A stretch of 64,000 nt of DNA from Octopus bimaculoides (lineage: Eukaryota). Within the stretch, counting starts at the first letter, position 1. Every line of letters starts with the position of its first letter. The notes beneath the pieces are model-generated. The model saw nothing but the letters and a program-made list of their open reading frames with translations, was not told where the DNA came from and ran no database searches. Positions 50,806-63,220 of the stretch are shown piece after piece. The stretch is taken from NCBI RefSeq assembly GCF_001194135.2, contig NC_068982.1:129827534-129891533 (forward strand), in the 5' to 3' direction. The position numbers were made by a program, and so were the translations under genes.

Positions 50806-51999
50806 CACACACACAGGGTGGAATGGGTAAATTGTTGCCATTTTATATTTTTAATTTCGTGCATGCACATTGTTTTTGATTTTGTCAACTACAGTATAGT
50901 TGGAACAGTTGGGCATCATGAGACAATTCTCTCTGCCAGAAATTTGGAAACAGCATGCTGTACTGCTTGGCAATTCATGCCAGAAACTCCAATATGAACA
51001 TTTCAGAGTGTTTGGGTGTTAATCTGAGGACAGTGCAGAGGATTTGGAAAGAGTTGGAGGAGTCTAATGGTGATTACAAAGGTATGGTAGCTCGGAAAAC
51101 TCACTCTGATTGTTCTAAGAAAAGAACTCCTAAATTTATTGGCGAGATCTAGGCCATGATTGACAACGATCATTCCAAGTCAACCAGGTCCATGAGAGTG
51201 TCTGAGTTTCTTATTAGGCAGGTAGTGCATGATAACATTCGGTATTCCTCATACAAGATGAGAAAAGGCCAATTTTTATATGAAGCTATCAAGGACAAGA
51301 GGAAAGACTGTGCTATGAAGCTTTTGAACGAACATGCTTTGGTTTTTCTCAAACGAGAAAAATTTCTACCAGGATCAGATGGTGAATGCAGGACAACTGT
51401 ACTGAGAATGATAAAAGTCAAACATACAATCAACATCATGGTGTTTGGAGTGATCATTAGTGATGGCAATGTTATACCTCCATTCATCTTCCCACAGACT
51501 CTATACAGAGGCCTACATCAAGTGCCTGGAGGAGGTAGTGCTGCTGGAAGACCCTATATCTGGCAATAGGACTCTGCACTATGCCACACAGGCAGGAAAA
51601 CTGAGTCATGGCTATCAGACAATTTTTGTGACCACATCACCCCTAACAACTGGCCACCTATCTCCCCAGACTGCAACCCCTTTGATTATTATGTGTATGG
51701 TGGAGTTGAGAGAGAGACCAACAAAACTCCTTGTAACACCAAAGATGAATTGACGGCAAGGATTATGGCAGCATTCACAGACTTAAACAAGGGGACTGTC
51801 CAGAAGAGTTGAAGGAGATTCCGAAGTCGACTAGAGGCCATGGTAGAAACCAATGGCGATTTTATTGAATAAATTTACTCTTTAGTATTTCAAGACATTT
51901 TTATGTAATCTTTGTAAATATATCTGTTAGAATGAGATGTCAGTGTTATTCTCATTTTTGTGTAATTTAGATGACAATTTATTGACCACACTGTGTGTG
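50806..51999 (+). mobile_element. Defective Tc1/mariner-superfamily DD37D (maT-type) transposon
   Basis: Imperfect TIRs CAGGGTGG...ATAAATTG. Fragmented transposase 50955-51870 includes WQ*DSALCHT...WPPISPDCNPFDY, with exactly 37 residues between the last two catalytic Asp. TA at 50804-05 and 52000-01. Confidence 0.85.
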
Positions 52000-52240
52000 T
52001 ATATATATGTATAAACATGTGTATGTATATATGTAAGTATATATGTATGTGTGTGTATATATAGATATATGATATAGACAATACACGCTACATATAACAC
52101 GTGTATATATGCATGTATTAGTATGCATATATATTGTGTATATATATGTGTGTATGTAAATAATGTGAATGTGTGTGCATTTATACACACACACGTGTAT
52201 ATATATATATAAATAAATAATGTGTATGTGCATGTATGTA

Positions 52241-52289
<49 letters not shown>

Positions 52290-53588
52290 GCAAAAAAACA
52301 AGCTTAATCAGAAATCAATAATAATATATAATCCATTAAATGTGATTTATAGTTAGAAATACTGTGACAAAAACAAAATATCTTTTAAATGAAATTCAAC
52401 TCAAGGCAAAGGAATATATATTTACATGTAGAACCAGGTTTTATTACAGATGGAGAGAGAGAGCGCAGCATGCTAGTTGCAGTCTCACTCTAACAAATAA
52501 ATAAAGATGATAAAAATATTTTAAATTATGTTATGTAATAACAGTATTTAAAAAATAAAACCTTTCGGTAAATTTTAAAAATTGGATGCAAATACCAAAA
52601 GATATAAATAAATATACAAGGAAATTCTACAGAATGTAATATAGATATAATTTTATATGAGCAAGCATCAGTTTTGAATTACTAGGTCTGCTGAATGTGT
52701 AAATAAGTCAGAATATTTTACAACTATCACAACTATTGAGGAAATTGAAGCAATTTAAAGAGGGTAAAAAGCAAGAAATAATAATTTTGAAAATAAAGCT
52801 TGAGATCTGTATAGATAATACAAACTATATTTGCTTCAAAATATTCTCAACAAACCTGGAGTAAATAAGTTATATGCTTTACAGGATAATGAGGATAGCT
52901 GATTATTTCTTCTCTGTTAACAAACATCTTCTGCAGAAGATAAATCTAATATAGTTAAAGACCTGTGTCATATGTAGTAGACGAATACTACATCAAAGGT
53001 AGGTCAATAGTGATAAAATCTTTCAAATTGCTCTTTTGGTTTTGCTAACTTGTAAACATTAATATCACTAAAAAAAGAACTTCCTTTCATTACTTAACAT
53101 TTAACGATACTTTAAAATTTCAACAATGTTTTGATTTGCTTAAATGGAAGAAATTTACAGAATCAACCAACAACATACTTTAAATACATTAAGTAGAGCT
53201 TCAAGAGCAAAATTATGTTGCAGCTGAGTTTTAGGTAAGAGGGTGGAAGCCACTTTTCTTTGAAGTGCAGGAAGATTAATTTGGCTTGAAATGGCAACAG
53301 GATGTAAAGCCTCCTTGAAAATATATTATAAACACTCTCAAAAGAGAAATATTAGTAAATATAATATTCATATATAAATAAATTTAAAAGTAAAGACTAT
53401 TGATCACAAATGCTGGATTTTAAAAGAAGAGAAAAAGAAAGAAAAATAAGTTACATTTAAGCCAAAATAAAGGGTTTGAGATTTAGTTAAAATTACTTTG
53501 TTATAAATGATGGGGAAATAAAAATAACCATATCATCAATACATAACATAAATTTGAAAAGAAACCAGATGCCTGCTGCAGTGAATAG

Positions 53589-55829
53589 TCATTGCAAGAA
53601 GCTCTCTAGTTCAGAATCTCGTTTCTTCTTTTTGGAGGATTTTGGCCGGGATAATACCTTCGGGTGATGCAAAGATTTCATCATCTTGCAGGTTTTAGAC
53701 CTAAGTGCTTGAGCTGCACCTTCTGGAGTGTATGCTAGAAAAACACCTGTAAGATCAACATCTACACAGGTTTCTTTGTGCTTTTCAAGCATAGGAGTAT
53801 GTTTACGCATGTTATTACCAGTGTAAGCAACACATTTCAGTTGCCATTCACCTATGTCATCATTCCAATGTACATAATGTTCTATCACATTTTGAAACTC
53901 TGGAGGGATAAAGTTGTCAATGACAAGCATCTGTAACTTCAGTTCACGAGTTAGTTGTCTTATATTCTCTAAAAGGCCTTCCATTTCTCTCTGATGTTCT
54001 TGTTGAAGATCAGCCATCTCAGATTTGGCTTGCATCAACATTGTCCAACACTTTTTCAACTTTTTTGTTTTTCCTACAATTTCATCTTGTAAAGAAGAAT
54101 ATTTTTCTTCAATATCAATTCTTTCCTGTTCTTTCTCTTCAAGAGCTCTTCGTAATTCTTCTTCTCTTTTTTTACGTTCTTCTAACTCAATAGCACTCTC
54201 TCCGAGAAGGCGTTCTTGTTCTTCAGCTTTCTCTAAAAGATTTTCACCACCAACAATTATCTTTTTTTCAATTGCTGACAATTTTTGCTGAAGTTGATCT
54301 TGTTCTTCTTGATAACGCTTCAACTCATTTTCTTTTTCATCCAAACTTTCCTTCATTTGGTTGCGTTCTTCTTCAGCCATGTCTTTCTTCTCTTCTAAGA
54401 ATTTTCGATCATTTTCAATTTTAGTGAGGATTTCAGTCATTTTTTCTTTAGATATTTTACGGCATTTTTTTTCTTTCCATTTCTTTTTACTATTCTCCAT
54501 AAATTCCATACTTTGCTCATTATCCATTTCTTCATCTGGGCTAGTATCTCCATCTGATATATTATCTTCAAGTTGTTTCTTCAGTTCCTCAATTTCCTTT
54601 TGAAATTGTCTTAAAAGTGCATCTTTAGGATCTTCATTAATTTTAGCTTTGTTTTTAATATTCTTAGCGCGGTTAGCGTACCTTAAAGTACTGATTGTCT
54701 CATCATAATTATAGTCAGCAGGCCCAATATTAGCAATCATTATAGTTTTCGAGTTACCTCCTAAAGAATCTTGTAAAAGTCGAGTAAGTTTTGAATTTCT
54801 ATATGGAATATGACTACTTTTCCCATCAACTAATGCAGAAATGACATTACCAAGTGTAGATAAAGAAAGGTTAATTTTAGACGCTTCTTTTAATCTCATT
54901 CCAGTGGCACCTGTCTTGGCCTGTCTTTCAGAACCGGCAAGATCTACAAGATGTAGCTTCCCCATTCGGACATGCTGTTTTCCATCAATTCCTTTCACAC
55001 TGCATTCTACAGTAACAGTGAAAATAGCATGGGACCTAGAGCTATGGGCATTCATATTGGTAGCACCAACCGCGCGATTTTTATTACCGAGAGTCATTAT
55101 TCTATCCATATCATCAGCATTATTCACTACAAATGCAGACAAATCCTTAACGTAGACACCAACATCGGGCCGTTCTTTGACTTCTAATCGCATGTTTTGA
55201 TCTTTTGCAAGCAAATCTCGAACTTCTTCATTATATATTTCCATGTAAGAGACACGAACTAAAAAGCAATTATCTTCACCAGCTTTTGCTATAGCTCCAA
55301 AGATATGAGCAAATGAATTAGGAATAATACCACGAACCTCAAGCGTTGTCCGTAAGCCTTCCATAGTGAATGTTTTACCTGTGCCTGTCTGTCCGTAGGC
55401 AAAAATGGTGCCATTGTAACCTTCTAAAACACAATCAACAATGGGTCGAGCGACTTCATTATAGACATCAACTTGTTTACACCCAGGTCCAAAAACTGTG
55501 TCGAAAGTAAACATTTTTATGGGTTCCTCTTGGCTTGCCGAGGGGTTTTCCACTGACACTGTACCCCGCAGGACATCGACAGTCACTAGATTACGACATG
55601 AAATCGACAGTTCTTTTTCATTGAGCGGACGACAACGGACGGCCACTCGCACATTATCAGAGTCTTTGCTGTTGTTGCTACTGCTGCTACGCGAAGTAGA
55701 ACTATGATTACTTGTAGTAGCCGAGGCAGAGCTGTTGCTGGTTATTATAGGACTGGAATTGGTTGTACAACTTGTGTTGTTACTGAAGAGACTTTGGTAT
55801 GAACTGCTGGTATTCTTGTTTTCAGGCAT
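53589..55829 (-). CDS. KIF3A: Kinesin-2 motor subunit KIF3A (KRP85-like), 746 aa, intronless CDS
   Basis: First ATG at 55829 (MPENK); the track start at 55850 is TTG. Motifs: GQTGTGKT P-loop, [34 protein letters not shown] and a coiled-coil stalk. The tail [26 protein letters not shown] is characteristic of KIF3A rather than KIF3B/C. Confidence 0.96.
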   Translation of the reverse strand: MPENKNTSSSYQSLFSNNTSCTTNSSPIITSNSSASATTSNHSSTSRSSSSNNSKDSDNVRVAVRCRPLNEKELSISCRNLVTVDVLRGTVSVENPSASQEEPIKMFTFDTVFGPGCKQVDVYNEVARPIVDCVLEGYNGTIFAYGQTGTGKTFTMEGLRTTLEVRGIIPNSFAHIFGAIAKAGEDNCFLVRVSYMEIYNEEVRDLLAKDQNMRLEVKERPDVGVYVKDLSAFVVNNADDMDRIMTLGNKNRAVGATNMNAHSSRSHAIFTVTVECSVKGIDGKQHVRMGKLHLVDLAGSERQAKTGATGMRLKEASKINLSLSTLGNVISALVDGKSSHIPYRNSKLTRLLQDSLGGNSKTIMIANIGPADYNYDETISTLRYANRAKNIKNKAKINEDPKDALLRQFQKEIEELKKQLEDNISDGDTSPDEEMDNEQSMEFMENSKKKWKEKKCRKISKEKMTEILTKIENDRKFLEEKKDMAEEERNQMKESLDEKENELKRYQEEQDQLQQKLSAIEKKIIVGGENLLEKAEEQERLLGESAIELEERKKREEELRRALEEKEQERIDIEEKYSSLQDEIVGKTKKLKKCWTMLMQAKSEMADLQQEHQREMEGLLENIRQLTRELKLQMLVIDNFIPPEFQNVIEHYVHWNDDIGEWQLKCVAYTGNNMRKHTPMLEKHKETCVDVDLTGVFLAYTPEGAAQALRSKTCKMMKSLHHPKVLSRPKSSKKKKRDSELESFLQ

Positions 55830-56137
55830 TTTCTTTGTTGTTTCTTTCAATACTAAATAAACCTGTAAGTAACGAAAGACGGTCGCTATTTATGTTTCAC
55901 AGTAAAATATGTAGGTGTTGATAAAAATCAACACGATGAATTGAGCAGATTAAAAACGAAGCAGTACAAGCTGCTGATGCTTCTGGTACTCCAACTGAAG
56001 TGCAGTCAGTGTAAAATTTAGAAATATCGGCGGTACCGTATAAAATGACTGCTCGGATACCATCTTTTGTACAGCGTAAGTAGCCCTTCCTCTGCTATTA
56101 TGCAGTGTCACTAAATGTCAGATAAGCTGGCGCGTCC

Positions 56138-56145
56138 TGACGTCA
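56138..56145. promoter_or_regulatory. Perfect CRE/ATF palindrome TGACGTCA in a CpG-richer patch upstream of KIF3A
   Basis: Exact TGACGTCA about 310 bp upstream of the KIF3A ATG, next to GGCGCG. Function is inferred only. Confidence 0.4.
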
Positions 56146-58039
56146 CAATCATGTGGCTTTACTTTCCTGTCTGCTACTATTTACAGCTCTTGACTACAAT
56201 CTACCTTCAAACACTAGAACACGTATATCTAAGGAAAGATAAATCGTAATATTCACTTCACAGTAATATTTTCTTGATAAATCTAATCTCGTGTATTTTT
56301 CAAATATAAGAGTAACTGTTTAAATAATAATACTTTCGACGAATATAAGTAGTATAAAAAATAAAAATAAAACAATTACTAAAGTGATATCTAAGTCAGC
56401 TTAGATCTATAACTAAATACATCAGTGATATGAATGGTGATTCGAATGAAATGGCAAGGGGGTGAGGGGTAGGAATCTTGATGGAACTTAATCTTTTTAA
56501 AATGTTACAACTGGGGAGATTAGAATAAAGACATTTAATTAGAATATTAGTGAAGTGAGAGGAAAAAAATTCATTTCTTTTTATATATAAACGTTTCTAA
56601 TATCCCTAACAGAGATCATTGGAAACCACTTTTTATTTTTGTAAGATTAAAAAAAAGAAATTAATATTTTGAATTTAGTTACTTGCTTTTATGTCAAGAT
56701 TCAAAAATTGGCAGCTATTAGTTTTTATCGTTAGACACCTGCGCTTCATTATGTTATGTCAAAGGCACTTTCCAGCAGTGTAAACCACTAACTGTAAGCA
56801 GGCTAATGAATACTTGTTATAGATCCAAACCAGTTGTGAAATGTAACTCCATTTCAAAGTACATATCACATATTTTTAGTAATCAATCCTAATTACAATT
56901 CATGTCTTGGGAGCTGTTATATTCTTAAACATATAATGTACAGGAGGTATTTAATAATCAACTGTGAACAATTTGTAAGAGAGGTCATTCTTTGCCACAG
57001 GGTCTTGCTTTGTTTCTAACTGGTAATAGAAAGTTCCTTCAAAATTGTAAGCTCATGCCAATGTCACCAGGTGGGGTTACCAATGTCACAATGTCATATA
57101 ATGAAAGATGTGAGAAGCTGGTGGTTGAGTTGAGGTCTGGCTGCATATAATGAATGCACAACACTCATGAACAGTTAACAGAATTTTATTTGTTGTACAA
57201 AATGCTCTCCGTGTTGGTCTTGAATATAACAAGTTACACTCTGTAGTTATTACAAATAGTTGGTTAAATAGGCTCTGTAAATAAGCTGTCACAACACGAG
57301 AACATACTATGCTGGGGTCATGACTGCAAAATTGTAGTTGCTGTCTGCTTGGTTGAACAAGGAGTTGTTAGAATGGGTGTTAAATTCAGCAAAATGAGAA
57401 TGTGGTTTGCATGGTGGCAATTGTCCACAAAGGGAAATTTGGTACCCAAATCATGCATATTTAAGCTACTTAAACCTTGAAAGGGGATGTTCTAGAAGAT
57501 TCTAGAAAGTTGCATCACATAAAGTAGCAATGCTGATCGGTCAATTATTCAGCTGATTGGTCAATTATTCAGCTGATCGCATAAGATAGCTTAGTAAAGC
57601 TGTAATTTTAATTTGGTAATTTGTTGATTTGGTTTTAAAACTACAACACCAAATTGTCCACTTCAAAACCTGACCTCTACATAAGTTTAGCTGTTAGCAG
57701 GTACCAAATAAAAACATATTTTAAATCAGTTCAGTAGCCTAACAAAAATGTTTTAACCTAAAACAGGAGATATTCCTTTGTTACTTAATGCTGGGATTGT
57801 TTCCCGACAGTATTCAACCATACCTTCAATATCACACAAAACGTTAATGAGAAAGAAGTATTTTGCACTCTGTAAAGTGGTTGGTATTAGGAAGGGCATC
57901 CAGCTGTAAAAATCATTCTGTGGAAGAGCGTAGGCTCGAAATGTTAAAGACTTTTTCAATTCCCGAGCATTATACTAATACATTTGTTTGTTTTCTACAC
58001 CACCTGTCTTCGTCTGTTGTTTTTTTCTCCCTATATATA

Positions 58040-58900
58040 TATGAGGTTCTGGAGAAGGCCCACCCACATCAGCAAAACTGAGTTCTAGAAGCGCTGTGTT
58101 GCACCCACACATAACAAGGAAACTTCTCAAACACCCTACCACAACAAACCAAACTACATCTCTATATCTCTTCTCTTCCTCACATTTCCACTTCATGCAC
58201 TATGCTTACTTCCCACTCATGAATCTTGTCCTCTTGGCCCTGACTCACTGTATCATTGCTATCCGCTAGCCCCCAACCTGTGTGTTCCACCCACATGTAA
58301 CAAAAAAACTTTTCATATACCCTACCCCCAACAACCCAATCTACATCTCTTCTCTTCCTCACATTTTCTCCTTCATGCCCTATGCTTACCTCTCACTCCC
58401 CAATCTTGTTCTCACAGCCCTGGTTCTCTGTATCATTGTTATCTGGTAGCCACCCCCTCTATATACCCAGGTTTTCATTACTCATTTCCCCTCCTCACTC
58501 TCTAATCATGCTTCTTTGGCAATATCCTGCCACTTATATTATGAGCTTCGAACCTCAAGAGTATGCCCTGGCACTTACCACCATCTATATCTCTTTCTGC
58601 CTTTACTCAACCATCCCATTTATATTCTGATCCCTGTCCTTTATGAGTATGCCCAGCACTTTGCCACCATTACAGTCCCGCTGTCTCCCACTCTCTCCCC
58701 TTCTCTTGCACTTCCCTCAGGTTGGGTAACCATGTATCTCCTTTGTGGCAGCACACCTGTTTCTGTCTTCATTCCTGATCTTTCTCACACTCACTCACTC
58801 ACTCACTCTCTCTCTCTCTCCCTGCTGGGTAACCTTATACCTACTCTACAGCAAGACACCTGTTTTTGTCTCTCTGTCTCACTATAACCTTTCATCATCT
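58040..58900 (+). repeat. RTE-subfamily 3' UTR with internal tandem duplications (~190 bp and ~100 bp)
   Basis: 58040-58200 aligns with 47870-48040. Unit 58095-58285 is repeated at 58285-58460, and a second duplication lies at 58720-58880. Confidence 0.6.
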
Positions 58901-59899
58901 GACACATATTTACTAAGTGATTTGTTGACTAACACTTTCACAAACTGTGGCAAAACTATACCACTGAAGAAATTAAGGAAAAAAAAAAAATAAAGAAACA
59001 TGCCCACAGTTGTCTCCCATGTTTGCTAGAAAAATATCGATATTAGTCATCAACTATTTTAATGCTTTCTTGCTGTATATTTTACCCTACTTTGGGTTTA
59101 TAATTTGTCATCCATTAAATATACTCATATCACATATGTACTGCAGTGTTATTGCTCATCCCAAGATCAGTCCTGATTAAGCAAATTGTTGATCAAAAAT
59201 CTTCCAACCATGAATATCCTGTCTTTTTTCCTGTCAATGCGTCCAGGATTTAATTTTTTTTTAAAACTGACACAAAATCTCTTTCATTAGTTATTGTTTA
59301 TTCTGCAGATGGTATTTCAGAATCCTGAAAGTTTTGAACTGTTTAATATTTCTAAAATTGTCAAACATCTAATAAATGTCTTGTCAATTTATAAAAAGTT
59401 TTGATAAAACCCCACCAAAAAGCAAAGAAAAAGCACTAATGAACTCATATATACATGCGTGTACATGCATGCATACATGCGCGCATACACACTTACATAC
59501 ACAAAAATCTGCAAATGTATTTTTTTTATAATCCAGGCGTATCAATAGACTTTCTAGGTTCATCTGTGTCAAGTGAAGTTTTGCAGTACTTATATTCATG
59601 TAGGATGTATCTAAGTACCACTGAAATAGTAAGGTCTTAGATCTGTAGTGCATATGATGTGTGTGTATATGTGAACTAACATAGCTAGAGAGTGTGCTGC
59701 CTGGGGTGGTGGATATTCATTTTGCTGCTCCTGGAATCTCACAAAAAATACAGTGCCTACAGCATCCCCAAAAGTGGTGCCACAAAAGTGAAGCCTGGTG
59801 TGTGCCACTCCCTCCGCACCCACCTCTAGCTACGCTAGTGTGTGTGTAGGTAGCTGCATGGCTGTGTAGTGAACTACATGGTCTTGGGTTCAGTTTTAT

Positions 59900-60430
59900 T
59901 AGGTTCAATTTCTTGAAGTCAGTCTTCATTGCTTCATTCCATATCTTTCTAGATTTCCTCTTTTCACAGGTTCCACCCTCTTCCAATGATTGGTGCTTCC
60001 TTATATAGCTGATATCCTCAATACAAATCACATCCTCATACTAGCAGGGTGTTCTCTCTCTCTCTCTTGTACACTACATCTGATTCCTTTTATATCCAGC
60101 TGTGATGTCAACTCATTTGTGCTCTGTTGAACACAAATATTACACATCCAGTGGAGCATGCCCACTTCATTTCTTTCTTGCCATTGCAAATCTTCCACAT
60201 GCAAGGCCTATGTGTCTCACAACCATGCAACATTGCACATTGTACATAAACAATGTGTAATCTACTCTTCACGCTAAAAGAGAAACCTTTTGCTGCCTGC
60301 TTGTGCAACAGGTTCTTGAACTTTTTTGACTCTGTTCCCATTTTGTCTATTATACCTTCAGCATGCCCTCCTCCACTTCTAATTATGTTGCCTTGGTAGC
60401 AAAAGTTATAAGCTACTTCTAACGAGCCTA
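59900..60430 (-). mobile_element. Degraded RTE LINE fragment
   Basis: SLEVAYNFCYQG...GGG...KGFSFSVKSRL...AMLHGCET and RKIWNEAMKTDFKKLNL. Confidence 0.7.
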
Positions 60431-61620
60431 TAGAATGAAAGATAGATAGACACACACATACATTCATTCATATTTTATGTACTCCATGTAAATATATATC
60501 AAGCTTAACTGTGTTTATCTTCATTACTATCTCTATATACATACATACATATATATATGTATTCTACAATTGACTATTTTTAAAGTCAGGTACTTATTCT
60601 ATCAGTCTTTTTTGTTCAGTCTGTAAGTTACAGGAACATAAACAAACCAACACTGGTTGCCAAGTGGTGTTGATGGTGGTGGAACGAACTTTGACACAAA
60701 GTCATACGCACATATAATACATACACACATGCTCACCACACACACATAGATACTTGTGTATGTGTATGTATGTTTTGTGTGTTGAGTAATGAACGTGTAG
60801 AATATTTGCTATGTGAATTTGCATAGAAACTGTATTGGGTGATTTGCACTGTTGAACTGAAAGTGTCTTGCAAAGATGCTGCTTGTGCCTTATAGAATTC
60901 TGTTATTGGACTATGTTTAGAGTTGTAAGCCCTGGTATTATTTCATGTTATTGTTCATGATTTAAAAATTTTTTATATAGTTACTATCATTGCCACTCTG
61001 TTTACTCTCATAATAACAATAATTCATTATAAATGAAAAAAAAGAAATGACTTAAATCAAATATTTGCTACAGTTACAGAATGATATTGGGAGAGAAGGG
61101 TGGTGTACTCTTTAAGAGGAAAATAATGGCTTCAAAATTTGGCACAAGGTCAGCAAGTTCGGGGATGGGGGTAAGTTGGTTACATTGACTCCAGTGCTGA
61201 ACTGGTACTTATTTTATAGACCCTGAAAGGACGAAATGCAATGTCAACTAAAGTGGAATTTGAACTCAGAGCGTAAAGATGGAAGAAATGCTTCTATGCA
61301 GTTGGCCTGGTGTGCAAACAGTTCTGCCAGTTTGCTGCTTTAATAATAATTATTACAACTTTATTATCCTTAAGCATTCATGCACTGTACTCTGTCAGAA
61401 TCATTCAATAACTGTAAAATGGAGTAGATTTGCTTTTCAAAAAAGAATTATAGTGTTTTACGTAGAATAAAAGTAATTTAGAGAAGCGCTATTGTCTGGA
61501 TGTCACTAGAATTTTACTACCATTTGTAACAGCTGCAGCAATAATGGCTTAGTGAAAAGTTGATACAAATAATAGAACAAGGGGCATAACTACAGAACTG
61601 TGTCTCACCACCAAGTTTAT

Positions 61621-62210
61621 TTCGTCGTAGCTTTCTTAAAAATGCATATTTTTAAATGAAATTTTCCAGAGACAATTTTTCGAATGATGCGAACAGTTGT
61701 CTTGATAAAATTTGAGCACATCTTTTTTTGAGTTTCTAAAAATACCAACCTCCCGACATTGTTTCCCCATTAAATTTCGTTAAAATCGATGTTTTTTCTA
61801 TACATTTTCCAGAGGTGCGTTTTTATGGTGTAGATTACAATTAAAAACAAAGAAAAGAAAAGAAAAAAAATCAAAACCCTCGGAAACGTATCTAAAGAAA
61901 AAATTCCTACAAAAATATGCACTTTTAGGAAAATTATGAAAATTCAAAGTCGAAAGGGCACGTTTCAAAAAAATCTTTATCAAATCTTAAAAAAATATAT
62001 TATCGTAATCTACAAACTCAAAAACATATTCCTGGAAAATTTCATAGAAAAATATGAATTTTTAACGAAAACCGGTTGATTGGGGGATGAAACCCACCTC
62101 ATCAATTTATCGCCCCTCATCCTATAAGATAATCGTAATCCATACCACCAAAAACATATTTTAGGAAAATTTCATTTGAAAGTATGAATTTAAAGAAAGG
62201 TATGGTAGAA
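61621..62210. mobile_element. Degenerate foldback-like element with modular inverted arms
   Basis: A ~55-bp module (AAAACATATTCCTGGAAAATTTCAT...AAATATGAAT) occurs twice forward (62002, 62132) and twice inverted (61641, 61791). Confidence 0.5.
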
Positions 62211-62677
62211 CAAATTCGATGGAAGAAAGTCGGGGACATTTGTGAAGTTCTGTCGAACTAGGATTCCGCATACTCTATTTCTTGCTCTAGAATTCAAGCA
62301 CTCAAGAGTTCGTCTAGATCCCATTTTATCTTTCCAATATGTTTGAAATTACCTTCAAATTCCACCGAGGTCGACTTTGCACCTCATCCTTTCGAGGTCA
62401 ATAAAATAAGTATCAGTTGAGCACTGGGTTCGATGTAAACGACTAACCCCATCCGCCAAAAACTTCAGGCTTTGTGCCGATAGTAGAAAGGAATAATGCA
62501 TGAAATAACTTCCAATACACTAAAAATTACTAAAATAACTTCTTCCAGGTTAAGAAGAATTAATTACTGTAAGTCAATGTTGTTAGTGTATTTAGATGAA
62601 CTATTTGAGGTAAGTCATATATATTGACGATCATCCAGTCTATTATGAACTCTTCTTAATGCATAAGTATCTCATAC

Positions 62678-62680
<3 letters not shown>

Positions 62681-62758
<78 letters not shown>

Positions 62759-62770
62759 GGAGAGAGAATG
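62681..62770. repeat. (GA)n microsatellite; another at about 5440-5500
   Basis: Read directly from the sequence. Confidence 0.97.
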
Positions 62771-63220
62771 AGTTTGTAGAAAGGGAATAGAGTTAGATTG
62801 CAGCCAAGTATTGGTGAATGGCTAAGAAATTCACTTCGTAATTGTTGGGACTCAGATTCAATCCCGCTGGAGTGACACTTTGAAGCCAGGGAAGAAAAGT
62901 AACAGAAAAGAAGTTACGAGATAAAATCTTTTCTACTCTAGGCACAAGGCCCGAAAGTTTGGGGGAGAGGGCCAGTCAATTAGATCGACTCCAGTACGCA
63001 ACTGGTACTTAATTTATTGACCCCGAAAGGATGAAAGGCAAAGTCAACATCGGCAGAATTTGAACTCAGAATGTAAAGACAGCCGAAATACCGTTAAGCA
63101 TTTCGCCCGGCGTGCCAACGTTTCTTTTTTCTTTATTGCCCACAAGGGACCAAACATAGAGGGGACAAACAAGGACAGACAAAGGGATTAAGTCGATTAC
63201 ATCAATCCCAGTGCGCAACT

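Noticed and set aside
54025-55707. Several plus-strand ORFs overlapping KIF3A
   Set aside because: Antisense shadows of a codon-biased CDS.
17152-55829. Functional clustering of Barentsz (mRNA transport/EJC) with a kinesin
   Set aside because: They are about 36 kb apart with no shared element seen. Barentsz-linked oskar transport uses kinesin-1, not kinesin-2, so adjacency alone is not evidence.
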